Shown in pieces: positions 9,930 through 20,151 of a stretch of 25,968 nucleotides of DNA; position 1 is the first letter of the stretch; each line of letters opens with the position of its first letter. This DNA comes from Elsinoe ampelina (taxonomy: Eukaryota), in the NCBI GenBank assembly GCA_010093995.1, contig ML992510.1, positions 1,089,132 to 1,115,099 on the forward strand, read 5' to 3'. A program made the position numbers and the translations under genes. The notes under the pieces were generated by a model, which did not search any database, was not told the origin of the DNA, and saw only the letters and a program-made list of their open reading frames with translations.

Positions 9930-11552
9930 TCACGATCTCATCTGCCCCAATACCTGCTTGAAGGCGTTGTGTATCGCAACGCAAGCGTGCTCTCTGGGGA
10001 TCAGCGTACCACCAAGCATGCCAAGAGCGCTGGCTGGTAGAGTCGTCAAATGACGGCCGTCAAGACCTTCGCTCATCATAGAGAGTAACAGAGTATCAGT
10101 TGAAAGGCATGACATGCCAGCTCCCATCACCGACTTCGCTTGCGTAAAGTCCACAATCGGGTCGTTCTTGGCAATCAATGCCTTATAGAACTTTGTCGGA
10201 GGCGGTGGATCAAGGGATGCGATCTTGTATGCACGATACGCCATGTCGTATTCTTTGCTCGGCTTGTAATCCGTGAGAGTGGGTCGTGTATTGGTGTTGG
10301 CATCGATCTTCCATGAGCGTACCAAGTCTTGCATGGTTTGTCGAAGGATATGGTAGCGTGCTTCCGTTCCCGGTAGCTTAAAGGCTTTGATAACGTGCAT
10401 GCGAGATAAGAACGCCGGGTCCTGACCATAGTTAGTGGAAGCGCTACCAAAAGGCGTGTAGACGCACCAAAGCTTGAATCAAGTTCGACGTGCAGAATAT
10501 CATGACGTTCGGGCGGTCTCGAAGGTCGTCCAGCGCTGCTAAGAGCTGATTGGTGGCCTACAAGATCAGATTCATGCCCGATTAATAAGACCATGCGCTT
10601 ACCCTCATTGCCTCAATATGTCCTCTGTTTAGCTCGATCGCACGGTCATTAGCAATACTCTCGACCTCGTCGAACAGCACGAAGTGCAAGGTCAACTCGT
10701 CATCGGCTAGTGCTCGAATCTGATCGAAAATTGAGGAGACTTGCGCTTGGCTCCTCCCAAGCGATTCGGCTAGAAGCGCTGGAGAATTGACCTCAATGAT
10801 CTTCGCGGTGGCATAGGTTCGAGCCAAACGAAGGGCGGCCTTGTCGACAATTGCACGACTATTATGCTTAGTATAGGGTATCAGCATGGTCATCTATCTT
10901 ACCAAAGCGATGTTTTGCCGGTGCCAGGGGGACCATGTAGCAGGACAGTACTACACTTATCTGTGCCTACTATGAGGTGGAGCAGGTCGCGATGCAGGTC
11001 GTCTTGGAACACAAGACTAGCATCCATCAGCGGCATACTCCTCTCGGTCACCTTCAAACTACCTCTCAAAATCCCTGTCACCGTTCTTGACAGCTGGCAA
11101 GTTGCGGACTTGCATGATGTGCTGACTGGGAGTTTCTACAACCATTTCGTCTTCCGCGGGGACTGGCCCGCTGATTGAGGAACCGCGGACGACGTGAACC
11201 TTCAGATCAATACCCGTGCGGTCGACATGCTTGGTTTCGGACTGTTGTGCACCTTCAACTTCTCGGAAGTATATCTTGTCAATCCACTCGTGGTGCTCGA
11301 AGTCGTCTATAACTTGTCAATGTCGTTCAGTGGGCAGATCTACCCAGTGTACCAAATCCTTCCACTTCTGAATGTAGCGGATATGACAGATGCCTGTCGT
11401 ACAAGTACGAAGGAAGCTTTTGCTTGATCTGGGGCACGTTTAGTCGTAAACCAGTGCTAAAGCTGATATATTACCAAATCGGTGCGGATTGTAACACCTG
11501 GCAATGATCTGAGTGTGACTTCAACATGAAGGATCATCTTCTGGCTTGACAT
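9930..11552 (-). CDS. PCH2: Pch2/TRIP13-like AAA+ ATPase, divergent
   Basis: A six-intron model gives MSSQKMILHVEVTLR...IRTDLIKQK...LPAVKNGDRDFESLVFQDD...[26 protein letters not shown] (Walker A)...VLFDEVESIA (Walker B)...EAMRATNQLLAALDDLRDRPNVMIFCTSNLIQALDPAFLSR...GLDGRHLTTLP, collinear with Pch2 family motifs. Orthology versus paralogy is not established. Confidence 0.8.
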
Positions 11553-11967
11553 GGTTCTTGGATGCAGATCGATGCTGTCTGTTACTTAGCACTGGCGGAG
11601 GCCCGAAACCTGGTCGGGCTTGAGCGTCCACGAACGGTCAATGCTGGCACGATGTTTCGATGATGGTCAGATGATATACGAGCTTGACAGGTGATAGTGA
11701 GCAAATGGCGAATTTTCGGCTGATTCGTTTGTGTGTGAAGGAAGTTGAGTAGAACGACCGGAAGAAACATGTGATCAAGATTGAATGAGGCTCTGCGGGC
11801 AAAAAGCGGAGATTTGTTGATTGGACGTGATCCTGCGTCATTGTGCATATTTGTGCATCGACCATGGCAGCCTCAGCGTCAAGCGCGCAGCAGCTTTTCA
11901 GATCCCTCGAGCCTGACCGCAAACCTGCGACTCCTTCACACAAAGGATCTTCCATGAGCCCGGCGTC

Positions 11968-14601
11968 ATGGATAGTCCATTCTTCATCGCCGACAAGGGC
12001 AAGGGTATTAAGGACAGGCTGGCTGGAGGTGATCTCAGGGGTACTGTCGACCAGATAATTTTATCTGTTGCCTTGGGATTGGCAGCGTTTCTGGGCTTCT
12101 GCGTAAGTTCACCACGGGCAGGAGAGGTCACGTCTAATTTCCTAGATCTTGCGCCCACGATGGTCAAGTCTCTATGCGGCACGAAAGAGGAGAAAGGATG
12201 GCACACATCTCCCAGAATTGCCTGACAGCTTCTTCGGTTGGATTGTACCGCTTTTCAAGATCACAGATCAGCAGGTCCTTGCGTCTGCAGGACTGGATGC
12301 ATTTGTGGTAGGTCACCTTGAGCTGCATCAGGATGACTACGCTGATAGACCAGTTCCTGCGCTTTTTCCGCATGGCTGCAGTATATCTGGCCATCACACT
12401 CTTCTTCGCGCTGGCGGTAATCAAGCCTGTTCACGATAATTACGACGATGGCCGAGACGGAGATGACGAAGGGAACAGCACCACATCCTTCATGGGCATG
12501 GCAAAATTCAATCGACGTTCAATCAAGATAAACCCCACCAATCCTTTCAGCGCCTGGAATTCGACCGGCGGCAATTCTACGAACCCGCACGACGACTATT
12601 CCTGGATAATCGAGACGGACTATCTCTGGATGTACCTGGTCTTCGCCTACGTCTTCAGTATCCTTCTGATGTACATGATCGTTTCGAACACGCGACAAGT
12701 CATTGAAGTGAGACAAGAATATTTGGGCAGTCAGACAACCATTACAGACCGGACTATCCGCCTGTCTGGTGTTCCTGCGGATTTACAGTCAGAGGACAAG
12801 ATCAAGGAATTCATGGAAGAGCTTGATATCGGAAAGGTCGAGAGCGTCACACTGTGCAAAGACTGGTCGGAGTTGGACCAATCAATGCGGACACGTGACT
12901 ATATACTACGCAAGCTTGAGACTGCGATTGTCAAGCATCACGGAAATCAGAAGGAAGAAGCCAGTGAAGGAAGACTTCCGACGAACATAGGAGAAGTCAG
13001 CGGGCCAGACGACGATCAAGATGATGGCGAACGAGATGGTTTGCTGCAGAGCAATGGCCAATCACATGTTACACCGTACGATGCTGCACGACCAACCACG
13101 ACTATCAGATATGGTCATCTCATGCTCCAATCGAAGCAAGTCGATGCGATTGACTACTACGAGGAGAAACTCCGCCAAGTGGATGAGAAGATTGAAAGCC
13201 TGCGCCAGAAGGACTTTCCGACGACACCGATGGCTTTCGTCACGATGGACAGTGTCGCAGCGTGTCAAATGGCTGTCCAAGCTGTACTCGATCCATCACC
13301 GTTGCAGCTACTCGCCAATCAAAGTCCTGCACCGGCGGACGTCATTTGGGAGAATACTTACCTTCCTCGACGGCATCGGATGCTCCGAGCATGGTCGATC
13401 ACCGCATTGATCGTTATCCTCACAGTCTTCTGGTCGATCATTCTGGTCCCCATCGCTTTCTCCTTGAACACCACGGCTATCAAGAAGGTCATTCCTCCAC
13501 TTGGCAATTGGCTCGAGGACCACGAATTCATCCAGTCGCTTGTGGAGAACCAGCTGCCGACTATCCTTATCTCTCTGCTCACAGTTGCGGTCCCTTACCT
13601 GTACGAATATCTGTCCAACGCGCAGGGCATGACTTCGGTTGCCGATGTAGAGATGTCGAACATCTCCAAGAATTTCTTCTTTACCTTCTTCAACTTCTTC
13701 GTAATTTTCACCGCACTCGGAACAGTATCGAATGCATTCTCTCTCTTCGAAAACATCGAAAAGCAATTGAGGAACACCACGATCCTTCTCAACGGCCTGG
13801 CCAAATCGCTCAACGACCTTATAGGTTTCTACACAAATTTCTTAATCCTGCAAGCATTCGGTCTACTTCCGTTCAAGCTCCTGCAAATGGGCAGCCTGTC
13901 ACTCTACCCATTCTATCGATTCGCAGCCAAGACTCCACGAGACTACGCCGAGCTTGTCTTACCAACAACGTTCAGCTATGGAATGTTCTTGCCGCAAACC
14001 CTACTCATCTTCGACATTTGCCTCGTCTACAGCATTCTCAGAGACTCCTGGAAGGTCCTTCTCTGCGGCTTCGCCTACTTCGCTCTAGGCAGTTTCATCT
14101 ACAAGTACCAGTTGCTTTACGCCATGGATCAAAGGCAACACTCGACTGGACGAAGTTGGATCATGATGTGTGACCGCATCCTGGTTGGACTGGTAGTGTT
14201 TCAGCTCACAGTCACTGGACAATTGCTGCTGAAGAAGATTGAAACTCGAGCCACTCTACTCCTACCACTAATCGTGGCTACCATCTGGTTCTCATATGTC
14301 TACAATCGGACGTATCGACCACTCATGAAGTTCATTGCGCTTCGAAGCGTTAGAAGAGCGGAACACATGGAGATACCAGGCTTCACAGACGAAGACTTGC
14401 CAGAGGACATGGCCCGATGGAGGGAAGTATCTGAGAACCGATCGAGAGGCACAAGTGGATCGCGAGAGGAGAAATTGAAATATGTCAACCCAAGTCTGGT
14501 TGCTCCGTAAGTCCATTATCGATGATACATGCATTGCCACTGACAAACTCAGACTTCAAGAACCGTGGACAGCTGACAAGGATCGGGGAAACAGGAATTA
14601 A
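11968..14601 (+). CDS. CSC1/OSCA/TMEM63 (RSN1-type, DUF221) calcium-permeable stress-gated channel
   Basis: Motifs [69 protein letters not shown] and YKYQLLY, with many TM helices. Introns at 12103-12145, 12308-12353 and 14507-14552. Last exon LQEPWTADKDRGNRN*. Confidence 0.93.
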
Positions 14602-14876
14602 TGAGGCATTCAATAACGTACAATCAGACTGGTCGCCAAAACTTTCTTTACACCAGAACGGTACGGGATGGCATGATACCCCTATAGCAATTGACAACTT
14701 TTCATTAATGGCATACTGAATTGGTCGCACCTGCCGGACCAGACTATTGTGGATTGTGATCCTGCCTTTCTGTACAAGGCATATCCTCAAGGTGCCAACG
14801 CACATGGATTTCCAAGCACACGTCTTATTATCTGTCCACTTACTGTCAGTAGGTCTATCATACCCTAAGATTCTTA

Positions 14877-16784
14877 ATGGAAGCCATCCTCAACTCTACT
14901 CCGAGCTCCGCAGAACCTGCTGATCAGCCGGTAAACCGACCCAAAACTGTCAAGTTTGACGATGACTTTGTCGATATAACAGATCGGCGGGACAGTAACC
15001 ATGAAGCGCTTGACACACGCAAATCGACATCCGACGAAGCCTCGTCAGGGCGTTACTCAAGAGGTCCCGTCCTGCGTCTCTTCTCGACTCATGGTCAAGG
15101 CAAAGCGGATCCACTTCACAGCAAGCTCACCCAGCTTTTTCGTTCAAAATCAACTCCCTCAGCCAGTGAGACTGAGTCCGACAATGTCAGAGCGAACTCA
15201 TCAATGAGTGCCAAGTTGAAACCATCGAGCTCGACGGCTCCGCGAAGACGGCGACCGACGTTGAGTAGCAAGGGGTCCTCATCTCATCACACACAGGAGA
15301 GCAAGAGTAGTGCAGAAGATGAGGGACACACTAGTACTTCATCTGATGGCGAAGAAGCCGAGACTGGCTTTGAGTCCCTGCGATCCGGCTTGACGGTGGG
15401 AGGCGAAGCGGCGAATTGTTCAATCCTGACTTTCCCGCTGCTGCTGAGCGTCGTTCGGAGTCTGGAATACGAGGCGCTGAAGCACTTCCGGCTGACATCG
15501 CGAAAGTAGTATCTTGCCGCCTGCATAGCTCGACCTTATCGGTACCCGGCAAGCTTCAGGCTACCGATCGAGCTGGTCCGCCAGATCATGAAATATCTTG
15601 ACCCCTCCAGCTTCATGGCTACGGGCCGAACTTGTCACAAGTGGCGTCATGTCACTTTTGATAGAGGCCTTCTGGAATTGCAAGCGAGTCGCTTGGGCTG
15701 GTCCGCAGCGGCTTCGGAACAGGTGACAGCTCGAGAAGTCCTGTTGCGGGAGGTCTGCCTCAGCGGCGATTCCCAAGAACTTGCGCCTTTTCAGACTGCC
15801 AAACGGATACAAGTCCTACCAGGTGAACTAGCTTGGCAGAACGACATCAACGACGAGTCCGACGGGTCCATTGCGTACGCACATAAGACCACATAGCATG
15901 TCAGCGAATGCGGCTACTACCTTGTTCTCATTCAAGGTTCTGGCTTGACTGTGCAGAGACTCACATCTACTGACATCCACAGTGTGGCTCGTGTTGGTAC
16001 TGGCAGTCTACACCACCTCGACAGGCCCACGTGCAGCCTAAGCGGCCACGGCGACAGCGGCCATGATTGTCCTCTTCAACGACCTCACACATTCGTCACA
16101 GAACGGGCGATCTGGAGTTTTCGAGCACTTGGTGGAGCGCGGCACTTCCTTAGCGACAAGCGACACTTTCTTATGGTGGATGAGGACAGTCATCTCTTGA
16201 CCATGAGTTCTCATAGTATCTTCGGAGGTCCAAGGAATGTTCAGCGAATTGTGTATCTTGTGCCCCCGAATGGTTCACAGAATACAACAGAAAGAAAGCC
16301 CTTGGCGCCATCCTGCTTCAAGGCCGCTGCCGTAACTGATCACGGAGCTCGAATTGTGGCGGTCTACAACGATGCGGTAGTTCTCTATACTGTACCGCCT
16401 GATATGCTGGCTGCATCACCTCTGTCTCCTCGAAATGCTGTTACCGTCAAGCACGAAGAGCCCACCAGCCAACTTGGCAGCGGTCAATCTGATTCTCAGG
16501 ACGCACCAAATAAGCGACTGAAACATGATCTCCAAAACAGACCCGCCTGGCTCGCGTGGTGGCCTGAAGTAAAAAGTCAGTGGACGCTGCCAGCGATAAG
16601 AGAGGATTGCTTTCCGTTGCTGTTGTTTGGACGAAGGATTGGACGAGTGCAAGGTGTAGCTGACATTGCAGTACAAGTTCACACTGCTGAGCGGGGAGGT
16701 GTTATGACAGGCATTTCGGTCTGGTGCTTCTGCGAGAATGGCGAGGCTGTCTGTTTGCAGGCCGGCAACTGCACAGAGGATTGA
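14877..16784 (+). pseudogene. F-box protein gene with two in-frame TAG codons
   Basis: ORFs 14877, 15588 and 15945 share one frame, broken only by TAG at 15507-15509 and 15894-15896. Reading through gives tandem F-box-like motifs FPLLLSVVRSLEYEALKHFRLTSRK*Y and RLPIELVRQIMKYLDPSSFMATGRTCHKWR, then a beta-rich C-terminus (APSCFKAA...GARIVAVYNDAVVLYTVPPD). Confidence 0.72.
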
Positions 16785-16867
16785 GATGTGACTCTAGAAC
16801 TGGACAGATTCATTTCATTCATTACCTACAACGCCGCATGCACGCCACGCAGTAACATCAAACATGC

Positions 16868-17701
16868 TCAAAATTGCACTTTCCTCTTCCTCCCCGTATA
16901 CTTACTATCCCTCTTGACCACCCTCCCCTGCTTCTCCATCTTCTCCTTTTTCTTGAGAATCCATCCTTTGCCACCCTTCCTGTCGCTCCTCCCTCCCCTC
17001 CGGTCCGCCATCTGCCCCCTCCTTCCATCCTCGACCTCCACATCCTCCAAACCCCCAACCACACTCGTGATATCCCCCCCACTCCCACCCACCGTCAAAA
17101 CCAGATACAACTTGGCATTCTTCGTCCCCGGATCATCCTCCAAAATCCCCGCGCCAAACCCGGCCTTGATCGCCGCCCTAGAAATCATCTCTCTCTGCGC
17201 CAGATCCTTGGGGTAAAACTGACACACGGCCCTGGCGCCCCTCTTCAGCGCCGAGTACAGCCCCTCGAAAAACCGCTTCAGTCTCCCCTCCGGACTCTCC
17301 GCCGACGTCTCGGCGTTGCACAACCATTGAATCGCGGAAATCGACACCGCACCGTCGAAAGACCCCGGACGAAAAGGGATTCCCTGCCCCAGATCGGAGA
17401 GGAAGAGGTCCCCGTCCACGTCCCTGTCCAGCGCTTGAGCGAGCATGCTGGAGGAGATGTCCAGGCCGATCCAGGTGTGGGGACCCGCGGGGGGTGGGAT
17501 GGAGGAGAGGATGGAGCCGGAGAGGGCGGAGCCGCAGCCGAGATCGAGGAGGAGGGAGGGGGTCGTGAGGTTGAGCAGGGAGAGGGCCCGGTGCGTCATG
17601 CTGGATTGGATGTGCAGGATGCGCGAGGAGGTGGTGTATTTTCGGGCTGCGGTGGTGTCGTAGAAGAGGTCTGGGGGGAGGAGGTCTTCGGGGCGGGACA
17701 T
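16868..17701 (-). CDS. BUD23: 18S rRNA (guanine-N7)-methyltransferase Bud23/WBSCR22
   Basis: MSRPED..PPDLFY, SAM-binding LLDLGCGSALSG, DLGQGIPFRPGSFDGAVSISAIQWLCNA, AVCQFYP, C-terminal WILKKKE...DSKYTGRKRKVQF. Confidence 0.97.
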   Translation of the reverse strand: MSRPEDLLPPDLFYDTTAARKYTTSSRILHIQSSMTHRALSLLNLTTPSLLLDLGCGSALSGSILSSIPPPAGPHTWIGLDISSSMLAQALDRDVDGDLFLSDLGQGIPFRPGSFDGAVSISAIQWLCNAETSAESPEGRLKRFFEGLYSALKRGARAVCQFYPKDLAQREMISRAAIKAGFGAGILEDDPGTKNAKLYLVLTVGGSGGDITSVVGGLEDVEVEDGRRGQMADRRGGRSDRKGGKGWILKKKEKMEKQGRVVKRDSKYTGRKRKVQF

Positions 17702-18603
17702 GGTGGGGGAGAGGGAGAAGAATGGGCCGGATCGGCGGGCAGGAAGGTGTCAGAGGGAGCTTGGTTGGCGGTTGGGGAGAGGTAGTTGGTGGCGAGGTGG
17801 CGGGTTAGGAGGCCGAAGACCAGGCGAGGGTGGTGTTGGATGGTGGGGTTGCAGGCGGTGGCGGAGAAAATTATTGTTGAAGAGAAAAAGACCTCGGTCT
17901 CGTGCGCTAAGAGGGTGTGGAAGGCCAGAGATGTGTCGAAGTGAGTCTGTTCCGGCACCGAAATGATTGCCAGTGTCTATTGCCTGATCCCGTAAGAAGT
18001 GTACTGGTAGTTGTGATTGTAAGAATTTGAAATCGCATTCGCCAATGCGATTTTGACGGCGGCTTGCCAAGCCAAGTCGGATGTCAAATCTTCAATTTTG
18101 GCTTCCACTTTCTCACTTCTTCCTCTCTCAACCGACTTTGACGACGAACGCCTGCTGTCGCGGGATGATCGCTTGCTCATGATGGATTATATCGAAGATG
18201 AATGATATGACTGGTCTGATGTCTGCCGACTGCGGAAGGGATCATACCTGCATTTATGCTCTTTGAGCCGGTGACTGGTCGAATTCGGGCGCTTAACGGA
18301 TGGCAGCGGCCTCGTCTTCCTTCCCATAGCCGCCGGGAACATCTCGTCGCTTCCACTATACATGAGACCCGCGCCGCTCGCCTGCTGTAGCTCGAGGTCA
18401 AGATGCGTAGCTAATCCCAACCGGACAGCCAACGAGACCCACGTGCCTTGGTTCGAAGCATTCACCGGACTGGTAGCACATTGTCGCAGCGCTTACTGCG
18501 ACATCACAGTCTTTTAGCACAATTGACTGGTCGAAACTGGCATAGCGCATCTTCGCGAGAGAATCAATCTTTCGGCTATCCAATCTGCGACGCCTTCTCG
18601 GCT

Positions 18604-18935
18604 CTACACAAATGGTCGCAGCGCTTCCAAGTGACCAAGAATAGTCTCACCAAGAGGCGCTGATGTTTTGCTGCAGTCTGCAATGATAACTTGACCGCTG
18701 ATTGCCGACCCCCATCCGGAGGCCAGGAAGACGCCGATGTGAGCAATCTCGGCTAATTCCATGAATCGATCGCAGTAATGGCGCGGTTGCGACGAAAAGG
18801 ACGAATCGGAACTACCAGGGTTGTCCTTGGCCTTCTGCATGGGCACCGCAGCGTTGGTATCCTTCAAGCCTCCGTCCTGCGACGTCGCCCCTATACTGGT
18901 GTTGACTCCACCTGGTGCGATGGCATTGACTACGA
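18604..18935 (-). pseudogene. Short-chain dehydrogenase/reductase C-terminal relic
   Basis: One frame reads VNAIAPGGVNTSIG...RFMELAEIAHIGVFLASGWGSAISGQVIIAD, the SDR C-terminal signature. An in-frame stop lies just upstream, and no TGxxxGIG or YxxxK motif was found nearby. Confidence 0.62.
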
Positions 18936-20151
18936 AAGGAGTCGACTATGTTGATGGAAGCGGACGAGATTCGGAAGCAGGCGAACATCACGCCTCCTGA
19001 GGAGATTGAGACTACCAAGTAGCCGGTGGAGTTGGGGGCGAGACGTAGTTGAGGTCGAGGCTGTGTGGTTGTGATAATGAGCACGTGCAGGTCACCAGAA
19101 GCAATCTAATGGGCCAAAGTTGTCGATCTTCTACCAGAACTCTGTCTTGTCATCGATCATCTTATGAAATTAGAAGTCGAGGGTGGGAACGACACCCTGT
19201 TGTTTTGGGGGCTTTAACGAATCTGGAGTGAGCAAAGCCCCGAAGCCGCGGCAGACCCACTGAATTTCCGGCCAAATTGCTGACTCTGCTCTGCTGCAAT
19301 CTCCCAATACCACCTCACAACAGCGGCTTTCTCCTCGCCTTGTCCAGACCCCATCTTTCACAATACCGGGCCTCTTCAATCCATGTATCAGTCTCTCGCT
19401 GGATGTCATGGAAGTTCCAGCTACAATTGAATGTCTTGGGAATCGCGCTGTGCGCTCCGAGTAACGAGCCTTGGGTAATGTCTACCTTACGATCACCACT
19501 ACCAACATCCGGCCAGCCATTCATTCTGTCTTCCTACATACGAATCCGTTCGACGTCGTCTATTCTCGCTATGCTGTACTCATATCCTCTTTGTCCACCT
19601 CCAGGTCGAGGAATTCGATTGATACAACCGATGTGTAACGGAACTCAAAGCTAGGTTGACTGGAGCTGATCCGCGAAGAACGACAACCCCCATTGCCTTC
19701 TTCTCGACGGCGTGACAAATCGCTGTGGAATCACTGCTGCAGTGGAATTGACCGCCGTACTAAAAAAGCAAAGCGGGACCGCAGATGTGCTCTGGCGTTC
19801 GAATTTTGGCCTGGAAAGCTGCCTGCAGACGCCATGTGCGGCTGACTTGCATACAGCTCCTGGTGGCGACCACACATCTTCCTGCATGTTAAAGAAGGCG
19901 TTACTTGGCTCGTAGATCTTACCTTGTATCTGGATCGTTCAGCAGCAACCTCTTACCTAGACAAATCACATCCGTTCAGCGGCCGCGCGGTTCCAATCGC
20001 AGCTCGATGTCGTCGGATCTCATGGGGACCACTACAGGTGCCGGGGCAGGACAAAAGTAGAATATGGCCTTTTTAAGTTTGTAAATACTGCTTTCATTCT
20101 CGACTATTTGACTTCATTGACAGATACCATTAGCTCCGCGGTACATCGGCC

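Noticed and set aside
13262..14173. 303-aa alternative-frame ORF inside the CSC1 gene
   Set aside because: Off-frame overlap with a well-supported gene, with R/H/P-rich composition typical of shadow ORFs.
16874..17785. 303-aa plus-strand ORF
   Set aside because: Antisense shadow of BUD23, kept open by its GC-rich codon bias.
19571..19654. MLYSYPLCPPPGRGIRLIQP resembling a HET-domain N-terminus
   Set aside because: It stops after ~27 codons and no ALSY.WG or WID motif follows.
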